Of a stretch of DNA of 64,000 nt, positions 1 to 9,947 are shown in pieces. The stretch comes from an uncultured Gammaproteobacteria bacterium (GTDB taxonomy: Bacteria; Pseudomonadota; Gammaproteobacteria; Eutrophobiales; Eutrophobiaceae). The stretch is from positions 67,468 to 131,467 of the forward strand of contig CATOTD010000002.1 of NCBI GenBank assembly GCA_951812995.1, given 5' to 3'. Position numbers and translations under genes: made by a program. Position 1 is the stretch's first letter. Each line of letters starts with the position of its first letter. Under the pieces are notes generated by a model. That model was given only the letters and a program-made list of their open reading frames with translations, had not been told where the DNA came from and searched no databases.

Positions 1-923
1 GTGATTTTTATGCCAACAATGAGGAACAGATTGAACTACAAAGGTTGTTTTGTCAGTATGGTTATTTTTATGAAATCAAGCGTGGCGATAGGAAGTTTTT
101 AGAAGGTAAGGAAAATAACACCCATAATTTGCTTGAAAAAAAGCGGACAGATTTTAAGCACTGGGATGAAAAAATCACAATGGAAAAACTGGCCAGTATC
201 CAGATGGCCTACAAAATTGATCCAGCGTTAGATAAATGTCAGAAGGCCAACATCTTTGGTCACGCTAATGACCGCTATTATGAGCAAGTATTTTCTAGTA
301 AAGATAAGATGGATGAGTGCTATGTCAAAGAGATGATCTTGGCTTGGCATCTGTATCATGCAATCAAAATGCAGTCTGATATATACGGGACTGGCAAGAA
401 AAAAGGACAGATCGTCAGTAAAATATCCCAGCTAGAGCGGGACGATACTAAATTGTCAGAGAAGCTGACAAATATCAGCGAGATTATTGGTGGCAGTTAT
501 TTGTTTAATGATCCAATAAAAAAAGACTGTGGTGATATAAAGAATTTTTTTGACGAGAAAGACAGTTTGCGTGAAGAAGTTGAGGGATATGCTTTTTTTT
601 CACACGGCAATTACTTAACCTTAAGCATTTTTCATTTGATACTAGATAAATGCGACTACATCAAAACCTTTATTGGTAATGAGTCTGGTCTCTTTCAAAA
701 TCAAGTATTGATTGATAAGATGGTGCAAAAGTGGCTAAAGAAAGTACTAGACTCGCTCGTCAAGCCAGAATATGCGGAATCCCAAAAAAGCGGGATCACT
801 GTGAAGACCTTTTATCGGAGAAATAGCACTTGGCAAAAAATTCAACAAAGGTTTAAAAAATTGAGATATAAGACAGGGGAAGAGTTGGAAGAGATATTCC
901 CAATACCGAGTCATTTTAACTAG
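1..923 (+). CDS. AIPR-like (abortive infection phage resistance) protein, C-terminal part; 5' end lies outside the window
   Basis: The reading frame is open from the first bases of the window (no stop before the listed ORF at 45). Composition is reminiscent of AIPR-family Abi proteins (recalled from memory, no alignment). Confidence 0.4.
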   Translation, partial: DFYANNEEQIELQRLFCQYGYFYEIKRGDRKFLEGKENNTHNLLEKKRTDFKHWDEKITMEKLASIQMAYKIDPALDKCQKANIFGHANDRYYEQVFSSKDKMDECYVKEMILAWHLYHAIKMQSDIYGTGKKKGQIVSKISQLERDDTKLSEKLTNISEIIGGSYLFNDPIKKDCGDIKNFFDEKDSLREEVEGYAFFSHGNYLTLSIFHLILDKCDYIKTFIGNESGLFQNQVLIDKMVQKWLKKVLDSLVKPEYAESQKSGITVKTFYRRNSTWQKIQQRFKKLRYKTGEELEEIFPIPSHFN

Positions 924-1116
924 CTAGCTAGACTTTAAGCAGTTCGTGCCAGCACTTGTACTAGCTTGCGAAAAAGCGGCATATCAGGTTTTATTGAACC
1001 CAGCTCTGCACCAAGATTTTGAAACAGTTTTTAACAAGGAACCTGGTATCAAAAGTAAGTAACCAGAAAAACTGATCGGCATTACCCACCGCATGAATCG
1101 GCAAACCCGTTAAATA

Positions 1117-2796
1117 TCAAGGCAGATAAAAAACGTTAGCCCGACCTTCGCCACGCGGATCACTAGCAGCGAAAATCAGCCCTCTTTTTTTCCAGATCAT
1201 AATCGCTTGCATGTTGCCATACTGACGATTTTTTTCTTTAAGCACATGCCCTTTAGATTTAAGCACGGCTTGCTCGCTACTACTCAAGCCGCCTTGTTCG
1301 TATTGCACTTCATCGGGCAGATATTGATGGTGATAGCGTGGCAGACTGACCCACGATTGAGGTGGGTTGCCCTTGGCGAAGTCCAATACACCCAACAGCA
1401 CCATAGAGATAATGCGACTGCCGCCTGGCGTACCGAGAATGCCAATGCGATCATCTGTTTCTAAAAAAGTCGGTGTCATGCTCGATAACGGTCGTTTACC
1501 TGGCGCAATGGCATTGGCGTGATCACCAACCAAACCATAGGCATTGGCTGTTAATGGCTTAACCGAGAAGTCATCCATTTCATTATTCAAAAGAACCCCG
1601 GTCCCTTGCGCAATAAAACCAGAGCCAAAGGGTAAGTTGATGCTCAAGGTTGCCGCCACCCGATTACCATCGGTATCAACAACTGAAAAGTGGGTGGTAT
1701 CGGTTCCGGTTTGATCGGTTGTTGTTATATCGCTGAGATCATGGCTCGGTGTTGCGCGGTCCAGATCAATGGATAAGGCGAGGCCCTCGGTATACTCTTC
1801 ATCCAACAGGCGCTCAACTGGAACCTTGACAAAGTCTGGATCACCAAGATAGGCCGCGCGATCACGATAGGCCCTACGCATCGCTTCGATGATGATATGT
1901 TTGCGTGTGACAGGATCATATTGCGCCAGGTCAAATTGCCCAAGTATATGCAGTGCCTGACCCATGACAATCCCACCAGAGGAAGGTGGTGCCACCGAGG
2001 TGATCGTGATCCCATTATAATCAATAATGATGGGCGCGCGTTCAACAACCTGATATTTATCCAGATCATCCAGCTCCCAAATACCGCCATTCGCTTTAAC
2101 ACTCGCCACCATCGCTTCCGCAACCGCCCCTTGATAGAACCCTTGGCTGCCATGCTTGGCCATTGTCGTTAATGTTTGTGCCAGATCTGCCTGCACGATC
2201 AAACTTCCAAGAGCGGGGATTTTGTATTCATCAAGAAAGACGCGTGCCGTATCGGGGTACTGTTTAATGACTTCAATTCTGTAGGCCATGAGTTTTCGAT
2301 AGCGCGCCGTAACCGCAAAACCTGCTTGCGCTTGTTTAATCGCCGGGGCCAGGACTTCCTTTAAGGACAAGCGCCCATAGTGCTTAACCAGATGCTCAAT
2401 ACCCGCCGGCACCCCCGGTATGCCAGCGGCCAGCGGGCCATTCAAAGACAAGCCCTTAATCGTGTTGCCCGCCTTATCTAGGTACATATCATGCGTGCTA
2501 CGCATAGGTGCTCGCTCACGGCCGTCGATCATGACTTGTTTATGATCAGAGGCGCGATGGATCAACCAAAAGCCACCCCCGCCAATCCCGGAGCTGTAAG
2601 GCTCAACAACGGCGAGTGATGCCGTAATCGCCGCCGCCGCATCGAAGGCATTACCACCTTGCTGTAGTATGTCGATACCGGCTTGTGTTGCTAAGGGGTG
2701 CGCGGTTGCAATCGCCGCTTGTTTTGGTTCAGCACTGACATAAGCCGAAAAAACTAAAATAAACAAAAAATAAAATTTCATTAGACCCGCCCTCAA
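1117..2796 (-). CDS. ggt: gamma-glutamyltranspeptidase
   Basis: 559 aa with an N-terminal signal peptide (MKFYFLFILVFSAYVSA) and GGT hallmarks (TTHFSVVD..GN.VA.T.S.N..FGSG, GLLLNNEMDDFS, MSSMTPT). Confidence 0.9.
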   Translation of the reverse strand: MRAGLMKFYFLFILVFSAYVSAEPKQAAIATAHPLATQAGIDILQQGGNAFDAAAAITASLAVVEPYSSGIGGGGFWLIHRASDHKQVMIDGRERAPMRSTHDMYLDKAGNTIKGLSLNGPLAAGIPGVPAGIEHLVKHYGRLSLKEVLAPAIKQAQAGFAVTARYRKLMAYRIEVIKQYPDTARVFLDEYKIPALGSLIVQADLAQTLTTMAKHGSQGFYQGAVAEAMVASVKANGGIWELDDLDKYQVVERAPIIIDYNGITITSVAPPSSGGIVMGQALHILGQFDLAQYDPVTRKHIIIEAMRRAYRDRAAYLGDPDFVKVPVERLLDEEYTEGLALSIDLDRATPSHDLSDITTTDQTGTDTTHFSVVDTDGNRVAATLSINLPFGSGFIAQGTGVLLNNEMDDFSVKPLTANAYGLVGDHANAIAPGKRPLSSMTPTFLETDDRIGILGTPGGSRIISMVLLGVLDFAKGNPPQSWVSLPRYHHQYLPDEVQYEQGGLSSSEQAVLKSKGHVLKEKNRQYGNMQAIMIWKKRGLIFAASDPRGEGRANVFYLP

Positions 2797-2797
2797 A

Positions 2798-3277
2798 TTA
2801 TGTAGAGAATTTTTCTTTTAACGCCGCAACCACTATCGGCTCCACAAATAAACTAACATCACCGTTTAGAGATGCCACCTCACGCACCAGACTTGAGCTC
2901 GTACAGGCCAGGTTTTCTGCCGGGGTTAAAAACACGGTTTCTATATCGGCGTTTAACTGTCGGTTCATGCCAGCCATTTGAAATTCATAATCAAAGTCTG
3001 ATACGGCACGGATCCCGCGCACAATGACCCGGGCATTTTTTTTACGCGCAAAATCTGTTGCCAACGTGTTGAATGGGATCACCGCAACATTCTTAAATGT
3101 CGTCAATATACCCGCCGCAAGCCGAACTCGTTCATTAACCGTAAATAATGTTTTTTTATTACCGGTATCTGCAACGGCGACGATCACCTTATCAAACAGG
3201 TTCGCGGCCCGCTGTGTAATATCAGCATGACCTTTAGTAATCGGATCGAATGTGCCGGGATAAATTGCCGTTATCAT
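2798..3277 (-). CDS. coaD: phosphopantetheine adenylyltransferase
   Basis: 159 aa beginning AIYPGTFDPITKGHADI, the canonical CoaD N-terminus. Confidence 0.9.
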   Translation of the reverse strand: MITAIYPGTFDPITKGHADITQRAANLFDKVIVAVADTGNKKTLFTVNERVRLAAGILTTFKNVAVIPFNTLATDFARKKNARVIVRGIRAVSDFDYEFQMAGMNRQLNADIETVFLTPAENLACTSSSLVREVASLNGDVSLFVEPIVVAALKEKFST

Positions 3278-3290
3278 TGTCTCTTGCTAT

Positions 3291-3842
3291 TTAAACAACT
3301 TGTTTTATGAGCATTGATTGTACATTACCTGCCCGGTTTTGTTTCTTTAATTCCCACCCGGCGGGTAATGCCAGATTTTTTTCTGATTCAATATAAACCA
3401 GGCCATTCGTATTTAATAAGCATTGTTCACAGATTGCGGCACAACATTGTTCGGCAAACCCCTGATCAAACGGCGGGTCGAGGAAAATAATATCAAACTT
3501 GCAAGTACATAGCCGCAACCAATTTATGGCATCGGCGAGCCAGATAGTATGATTTTCGCTACCTAATGTTATCGCCTGTCGCCTTAAAACTTCGATTAAT
3601 TCTGGATTCGATTCAACCATGATCACATCTGCCGCACCCCGTGACAGTGCCTCAAACCCAAGTGCGCCGGTACCGGCAAACAGATCTAAACACCGTGCGC
3701 CAATGATCTCTTGTTGTAACCAATTAAATAATGTTTCGCGAACTCTGCCGGGCGTAGGCCGCAGATCTGAGGTGTTGATCACATCAAGTTTTCTGCCACG
3801 CCACTTGCCGGCAATAATCCGAATCCTGCCAGGTGCAGACAA
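3291..3842 (-). CDS. rsmD: 16S rRNA (guanine966-N2)-methyltransferase RsmD
   Basis: 183 aa with GKWRGRKL, LDLFAGTGALGFEALSRGA and DPPF motifs. Confidence 0.85.
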   Translation of the reverse strand: MSAPGRIRIIAGKWRGRKLDVINTSDLRPTPGRVRETLFNWLQQEIIGARCLDLFAGTGALGFEALSRGAADVIMVESNPELIEVLRRQAITLGSENHTIWLADAINWLRLCTCKFDIIFLDPPFDQGFAEQCCAAICEQCLLNTNGLVYIESEKNLALPAGWELKKQNRAGNVQSMLIKQVV

Positions 3843-3844
3843 TG

Positions 3845-5167
3845 CTATTTAGGAGCCTGCTTTTGTTTTTCCGCTGACGCACCCACCATCACAGTAACCA
3901 GCTTGTCTGGCAACAGACGTTGGCTAAATGCGCGCTTGATTTGATCAATCGTCACGGCATCGACATTGGCATTAAACGTATCGAGATAATCCAACGGCAA
4001 TTTATAGTAAGCAATAACGACCACATAGCCAAGAATCTTGGCATTGCTGTCTATGCGCATTGGATAGCTACCGGTAATATTTTTCTTGGCGGCAATTAAT
4101 TCTGCCTCGGTGGGGCCTGTTTCTATATAACTTTTTATATTTTCCATTAAGACAGACAAGGCCGCATTGGCCTGTTCTGTTTTGGTCTGTAATCCGGCAA
4201 TGAAAGGGCCTGCAAAACGCATGGGTGAAAAATAACTGTATGCGCTGTAAGACAAACCGCGTTTCTCACGCACCTCGGCAAATAAACGCGAAACCATGCC
4301 ACCCCCTCCTAAGATATGATTGCCAACATATAGCGGAAAATAATCCAGATCGTCACGTTTAAGGCCAGGTTGTCCGATCAGGATATGGGTTTGTGTTGAT
4401 GGGTGTTCTATAAATACGTTATGGGCTTGGTGCAGATTATTGACTGGCGGTAAAGGTTCGGCTTTCTCGCCGGGGTTAAGATCACGGGTTATATCTTCGG
4501 CAATCTTCTCGGCATGGCTTCGATCAATCGCACCAACAATGGCGATAAGCGCGTTGTTAGCGACGTAATACTGCTGGTAAAAAGCCGTTATATCGCGCCG
4601 CCCGATAGCACTCACAGATGCCTGCGTGCCTTCGCCGGGATTAGCATAAGGATGAGATTGATAGACCGCCCGCATAAAAGCATCTTTAGCCACTGCGCTC
4701 GGCGATTGTTTTTTTGCTTGTATTCCAATCAGCCTTTGCGCACGGTGGCGCGCTAACGCCGCTTCCGGAAAATCAGGTTTTGACAAGACACGTTTAAAGT
4801 TTTCTATGGCTGCCGTTAATAGTGTGTCATCGGTAAGTGATCGTAATTGAACGGTTGCAAAATCATAACCGGCACTGGCACCAAACACCGCACCAAGCGA
4901 TTCAAACCCCGTGCTGACCGTATCCGCATCCAGCCCGCCCGCACCTTGATCCAACAGGCCGCTGGTCAAGGTTGCTAACCCGGGTAAATCACCATCGCGA
5001 CTACTGCCCGCATCAAACACGACTTGTAAATCAACCATCGGTATCTCAGGCGTGTAGACATAATAAACGGCCACACCGTTTTTTGTCTGCCAATGTTCAA
5101 TCTTGGGCGCAGCTTGAATAGCCGCCCCACTTGTAAGCAACACGACACTCAAAATAAATTTTACAAT
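3845..5167 (-). CDS. M16-family peptidase, non-catalytic partner (no HxxEH); start codon uncertain
   Basis: Insulinase-like domain organisation and a signal peptide (KFILSVVLLTSGAAIQAAP), but no zinc-binding HxxEH. No in-frame ATG near the signal peptide, so a non-ATG start is likely; the listed ORF start at 5320 overlaps the upstream gene. Confidence 0.7.
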   Translation of the reverse strand: MVKFILSVVLLTSGAAIQAAPKIEHWQTKNGVAVYYVYTPEIPMVDLQVVFDAGSSRDGDLPGLATLTSGLLDQGAGGLDADTVSTGFESLGAVFGASAGYDFATVQLRSLTDDTLLTAAIENFKRVLSKPDFPEAALARHRAQRLIGIQAKKQSPSAVAKDAFMRAVYQSHPYANPGEGTQASVSAIGRRDITAFYQQYYVANNALIAIVGAIDRSHAEKIAEDITRDLNPGEKAEPLPPVNNLHQAHNVFIEHPSTQTHILIGQPGLKRDDLDYFPLYVGNHILGGGGMVSRLFAEVREKRGLSYSAYSYFSPMRFAGPFIAGLQTKTEQANAALSVLMENIKSYIETGPTEAELIAAKKNITGSYPMRIDSNAKILGYVVVIAYYKLPLDYLDTFNANVDAVTIDQIKRAFSQRLLPDKLVTVMVGASAEKQKQAPK

Positions 5168-5309
5168 GCCATTGAAAATAGTAGTTTTTTTGTGTGTACA
5201 TAACAGAGTCGGAAGGGATAGGTTATGCCTAAAACCACCGTGCCTTACACTTACCCGAACACTAAATCGATGCAACAATCGCTGGATAAATCTATTGGTA
5301 AACGTACGC

Positions 5310-6704
5310 TTAACGATCATGAGGATCCCCTCGTTGTTGCCGCTGTGTTTGGCTGGTCATGGGTTGAGGATCCAGCACCGCTACGGTTAGACGATCATCA
5401 ACCAAATATTTTTTTGCAACCATCATCACCTGCTCCGCCGTTATCGCTTTAACATTATCAACATAGCGGTCTGCAAGATGCCAGGACAACCCCACGGTCT
5501 CCAATATTCCAAGGATCATCGCTTGATAAAAAACCGAATCTTTTTCATAAACATCACTTGATATAACCTGTGCCTTAACACGTTGCAACTCTTCCGCGCT
5601 GACAGGATTATGTTGTAAATCCAATAACTCGTTGCGTAATGCTGTTTCAAGTGCTGCTACCGTCTTACCTTTTGCCGGCGTGCCGGACAGGATAAACAAA
5701 TTATCCAAACGGGAAATCATCCGATAACCCGCGCTGGCACCTGCTGCAACCTCCGCACCTCTTATAAGACGACTGGCAATGCGGGCACTGCTACCGCCAT
5801 CGAGTATTCCAGCCAACACTTCCAGGGCATAAGGCTCCCAGGCCAATGGGTTTTGTGCTTCGCCGTCGGCTGGCTTCACGACCGGTGTTTTATACGCCAT
5901 CATCAAATAAGGTAGTTCTGCGGGACGTTTAACCGTTACTCGCTTGGTCCCTTTTTGTGCGACTTCTTTGAGTGATTTTGGGGTCATTGCTGGGCCTGCC
6001 GGCAAGGGGCCAAAGTATTTTTTAGCCAGGGTCAACACGGCCTCTGGCTTTACATCGCCCGCCACCACCAGCGTTGCATTGTTGGGCGCATACCATTTTT
6101 TATACCAGACACTCAAATCCGCAACGGTCATATTATCTAGATCCTGCATCCAACCGATCACCGGGAAACGATAAGGACTCGTCTGAAATGCCGTTGCCAT
6201 CGCGACTTCATAAAGGTATGACTGCGGCCTGTCATCGGTACGCCAACGGCGTTCTTCTTTAACGACCTCGATCTCTTTGGCAAACGCGGTCTCAGGCAGG
6301 CTTAGAAAACGCATACGATCGGCTTCTAATTCAAAACTGATTGCCAGGCGTGATTTCTCCAGTGTTTGAAAATATGCCGTGTAATCGGGCCCGGTGAAGG
6401 CATTATCACTACCGCCATTTTCTGCAATGATGCGAGAAAACGCACCGTCTGGAAATTTTTCTGTACCTTTAAACATCATGTGTTCCAGCACATGGGACAG
6501 GCCAGTAATACCATCATGTTCATAACTGCCGCCTACTTTGTACCAGACTTGAGTGACGACGATAGGGGCGCGATGGTCTTCTTTAACCAGCAATTTAAGG
6601 CCGTTTTCCAAGCGAAATTCAGTCACTGTTGCATCAGCAAACACGGGGGTGATTAAAACCAGACTTAGTAAAACTATTTTCAGGGGTCGATAAGAATATT
6701 TCAT
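5310..6704 (-). CDS. M16-family zinc peptidase (PqqL/insulinase-like), catalytic subunit
   Basis: 464 aa with a signal peptide and the inverted zinc-binding motif HVLEHMMFKGT (HxxEH). Paired with the downstream inactive M16 homologue. Confidence 0.85.
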   Translation of the reverse strand: MKYSYRPLKIVLLSLVLITPVFADATVTEFRLENGLKLLVKEDHRAPIVVTQVWYKVGGSYEHDGITGLSHVLEHMMFKGTEKFPDGAFSRIIAENGGSDNAFTGPDYTAYFQTLEKSRLAISFELEADRMRFLSLPETAFAKEIEVVKEERRWRTDDRPQSYLYEVAMATAFQTSPYRFPVIGWMQDLDNMTVADLSVWYKKWYAPNNATLVVAGDVKPEAVLTLAKKYFGPLPAGPAMTPKSLKEVAQKGTKRVTVKRPAELPYLMMAYKTPVVKPADGEAQNPLAWEPYALEVLAGILDGGSSARIASRLIRGAEVAAGASAGYRMISRLDNLFILSGTPAKGKTVAALETALRNELLDLQHNPVSAEELQRVKAQVISSDVYEKDSVFYQAMILGILETVGLSWHLADRYVDNVKAITAEQVMMVAKKYLVDDRLTVAVLDPQPMTSQTQRQQRGDPHDR

Positions 6705-6825
6705 TTTTTATATGTCTTAAATTTAAGAAATCAAATCTTTATGTTGTGGACATTATAGCGTGCGGCCTTTGCACAAAACACCTTATTTGAAGGTTATGCC
6801 GGCAATGATGCCATTTTCGGATGCC

Positions 6826-7088
6826 CGCCGTGGGTCGGACTGGGTCGGATTGGGCCAAGCTGGGTCGAGCTGGGTCAAGCTGGGCCAAGTTGGGTCGAGC
6901 TGGGTCAAGCTGGGTCGAGTTGGGTCGGACGTGGGTTGAGTCGGATCGAGCTGGGTCAAGCTGGGCCGGGTTGGGTCGGACGTGGGTTGAGTCGGGTCGA
7001 GCTGGGTCGGGCTGGGTCAAGCTGGGTCGAGTTGGGTCGGGCTGGGCCAAGCTGGATCGGGCTGGGTCGGGTTGGGCCGGGTTGAGTC
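6826..7088. repeat. tandem array of ~26 copies of a 10-bp unit (consensus TGGGTCGAGC, variants TGGGTCGGAC / TGGGCCAAGC)
   Basis: Directly visible head-to-tail 10-mers in the intergenic region between the minus-strand M16 peptidase and ftsY. Both overlapping six-frame ORFs (6739..7050 and 6821..7093) are products of the repeat. Confidence 0.9.
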
Positions 7089-7188
7089 GTTAGTGCAAAG
7101 GTCTCAGTATGTATTTCTCTTTATGAGTTCGATATTACTTAGTGGTAGGATATGGCAATCTAACTGACAGCATATTGAAAAATTACGG

Positions 7189-8145
7189 GTGTTTGGTTTT
7201 AAGAAAAAAAGCATTGCTGATACAACTATCAATTCGGATGCAAAGGCAACACTCGCAGAACGCCTGAAACGTACCCGTACGGGTATGTTTGGCGGGTTGT
7301 TCAAACACAATAAAACGGTGATTGATAATGCCGCATTAGCAGATCTTGAAGACCGCCTGTTATTGGCTGACATCGGCATCAAAACAACCGATCAGATCAT
7401 GCAATTACTCAAGACTGACACAAACAAGCGCACGCTCAAAGACCCGCTCGAACAATTAAAAGAAATCCTGTTACCCACCCTGCAATCAGTCGCAAAAGGG
7501 CTGACTATTCCGGTTGTTGCAAACAAGCCCTATTTGATTTTGGTGGTAGGGGTCAACGGTGTCGGCAAGACCACCACCATCGGCAAACTTGCCAAACGAT
7601 TACAGCGTGAGGGTAAGACGGTCATGTTGGCAGCGGGCGACACCTTTCGCGCCGCGGCCATTGAACAACTGCAAGTCTGGGGCGAACGACATAACATTAG
7701 AGTGGTCGCGCAAGCACCAGGGGCCGACTCGGCCGCAGTTATTTTTGATGCCTTAAAGTCGGCGCGGGCCAATAATATTGATGTCTTAATCGCCGATACC
7801 GCCGGCCGCTTACACAATAAAAGCAACTTGATGGCAGAAATGAAAAAAATCCATCGCATCGGCAGCAAGTTTGATGCCGACTTGCACAGCGAAGTGTTAT
7901 TGATATTAGACGCTGGCACCGGTCAAAATGCGTTGATACAAGCGCAACAGTTCCATGACATTATTGGTGTTGACGGGATCGTCTTAACCAAACTTGATGG
8001 GACTGCAAAAGGCGGGATTGTGTTTTTACTCGCCGAAGAACTAGGCATCCCGATACGATTTATTGGTGTGGGTGAACAGGTTGAGGATTTACGACCCTTT
8101 AATGCCGTCGAATTTATGGATGCCCTACTCAGAGATAAGCCATGA
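7189..8145 (+). CDS. ftsY: signal recognition particle receptor FtsY
   Basis: SRP GTPase motifs (VGVNGVGKTTTIGKLA, DTAGRL, TKLDGTAKGG) and conserved ftsY-ftsE-ftsX order. Confidence 0.9.
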   Translation: MFGFKKKSIADTTINSDAKATLAERLKRTRTGMFGGLFKHNKTVIDNAALADLEDRLLLADIGIKTTDQIMQLLKTDTNKRTLKDPLEQLKEILLPTLQSVAKGLTIPVVANKPYLILVVGVNGVGKTTTIGKLAKRLQREGKTVMLAAGDTFRAAAIEQLQVWGERHNIRVVAQAPGADSAAVIFDALKSARANNIDVLIADTAGRLHNKSNLMAEMKKIHRIGSKFDADLHSEVLLILDAGTGQNALIQAQQFHDIIGVDGIVLTKLDGTAKGGIVFLLAEELGIPIRFIGVGEQVEDLRPFNAVEFMDALLRDKP

Positions 8146-8819
8146 TTCAATTTACCCATGTACACATGAATTACCCGGGCGGCAACGAAGCCCTGCGCAA
8201 CATCAATCTGCATATAGAACAAGGGGCTATGGTTTACATTGCGGGTCGGTCGGGTGCGGGTAAGAGTACGCTATTACGTTTAGTCGCCTTGATTGATCGT
8301 CATTCCCGCGGTCAGATCATCGTTAATGGCCAGAACCTGGCGCGCGTACGCAATGCACGGATCCCCATCTTCAGGCGGCATATTGGGTTCATGTTTCAAG
8401 ATCACCGCCTGCTTAATGACCGCACCGTATTTGATAATGTCGCCCTACCGTTGGTTATCGCTGGTAGTCGGCATCGAGAAATACGCAAACGTGTACAGGC
8501 CGCGCTGGATAAGGTCAGTCTGTTAGCTAAGGTCAATAGCTACCCAATGGCGTTATCGGGTGGTGAACAGCAACGTGTTGGTGTCGCTCGTGCCGTGGTG
8601 CACCGTCCGGCCATATTACTGGCTGATGAACCAACCGGTAATCTGGACCCGACCTTATCATGGGATACGATGAAGTTGTTTGAACAATTCAATCAAGTCG
8701 GTGTCACCGTGCTGATTGCCAGTCATGATATCGATATGGTTAGACGCATGTCCAAGCGCATCATCACGTTAAAAAAGGGGCGCATACTAACGCATGATGG
8801 CACACCGACAACGCAATGA
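8142..8819 (+). CDS. ftsE: cell division ATP-binding protein FtsE
   Basis: ABC ATPase (GRSGAGKST, LSGGEQQRV, LLADEPTGNLD). The start overlaps the ftsY stop. Confidence 0.9.
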   Translation: MIQFTHVHMNYPGGNEALRNINLHIEQGAMVYIAGRSGAGKSTLLRLVALIDRHSRGQIIVNGQNLARVRNARIPIFRRHIGFMFQDHRLLNDRTVFDNVALPLVIAGSRHREIRKRVQAALDKVSLLAKVNSYPMALSGGEQQRVGVARAVVHRPAILLADEPTGNLDPTLSWDTMKLFEQFNQVGVTVLIASHDIDMVRRMSKRIITLKKGRILTHDGTPTTQ

Positions 8820-9796
8820 ACGCCGCCAAGCGCCGCAATACCCGTCCCGACAAGACCGCCAAGAGTGCGCTAAGACACCGTTTTGAACGATGGCTGTTAC
8901 AACATGCGCAGGCTTTTATTTTTAGTCTTGGGCAATACATCAAACACCCAGTCAGTAATATATTAACCACCGCCGTAATAGGGATTTCACTGGCCTTGCC
9001 CGCCAGTTTTTATTTACTACTCGATAATGTACGTCACGTCTCATCAGGTTGGGATGGATCATCGCAAATAACCTTGTTCCTACAAACAGAGATAGACGAT
9101 ACACAAGCACTTGCGTTTGCAAACACCTTGGCTAATAACGACAACGTGCGTGAAACCATCTTGATCAAACGCGCTGAGGCACTGGCTGAATATCGACAAC
9201 TGTCTGGTTTTGCAGATGCCCTTGAGATCCTTGACGAAAACCCACTGCCGAACGTCGTACTGGTTAAACCGCACTTCGACAATGCCAACGAGGACCAAAT
9301 CAAGACCTTGATCAAAGCACTTGAAACGATGCCAGCAGTAGATAGCGCCCAGTATGATAGCCGCTGGCTACAACGTCTGCTGTCGTTGCTGGATATCGTT
9401 AATCGCTTGATCGTGATTCTATCGACGCTACTTGGCGTTGCCGTATTGTTGGTTGTTGGCAATACCATACGCCTTGCTATCCATAATCATCGAGCAGAGA
9501 TTGAAATTAGCAAACTCTTTGGCGGCACCGACAGCTTTATCCAGCGCCCTTTTTTATATAGTGGTCTCTGGTATGGCATGTTTGGCGGCATTATTGCTTG
9601 GTTACTGATCGTCATATCTACGCACATACTGCGCCAGCCAGTCAGACAACTGGCCAATCTCTATGCCAGCGATTTTCAACTCATCGGGCTAGGTTTTGGC
9701 CATTCTTTGGTGCTGCTCGGTGTCGGTATCGCACTCGGATTAGTGGGTTCATGGATAGCCGTCAAGCGTCATTTAAGGGCTATTGAGCCAGTCTAA
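8816..9796 (+). CDS. ftsX: cell division permease FtsX
   Basis: 326 aa membrane protein immediately after ftsE, with FtsX topology (periplasmic loop then 3 C-terminal TM segments). Confidence 0.85.
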   Translation: MNAAKRRNTRPDKTAKSALRHRFERWLLQHAQAFIFSLGQYIKHPVSNILTTAVIGISLALPASFYLLLDNVRHVSSGWDGSSQITLFLQTEIDDTQALAFANTLANNDNVRETILIKRAEALAEYRQLSGFADALEILDENPLPNVVLVKPHFDNANEDQIKTLIKALETMPAVDSAQYDSRWLQRLLSLLDIVNRLIVILSTLLGVAVLLVVGNTIRLAIHNHRAEIEISKLFGGTDSFIQRPFLYSGLWYGMFGGIIAWLLIVISTHILRQPVRQLANLYASDFQLIGLGFGHSLVLLGVGIALGLVGSWIAVKRHLRAIEPV

Positions 9797-9947
9797 AGCC
9801 GCGCTCTTAAATTTATAATCTTTATTATATTCATTAACTTAGGGAAATATTCAGACTGAATGCAGTCAAAAATTAGCACTCTATGCTTTTGAGTGCTAAA
9901 CTTACGCTAACAACAGCCGATCTAACTTAACAGTACAGGAAAAGATT

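Noticed and set aside
1207-2364. Several 60 to 140-aa ORFs on both strands inside ggt (1207..1464, 1725..2153, 1897..2172, 2176..2364)
   Set aside because: They are embedded in or antisense to a well-supported 559-aa GGT gene and show no features of their own.
6739-7093. Two long ORFs (103 aa minus strand, 90 aa plus strand) with repetitive PARPDSTHVRPN / GRAGSSWAKLGR translations
   Set aside because: Both are generated entirely by the 10-bp tandem repeat array and are open on opposite strands simultaneously. No start context; low-complexity repeat translations.
9797-9947. rpoH heat-shock promoter elements
   Set aside because: Could not assign -35/-10 hexamers confidently without a model; only the hairpin is reported.
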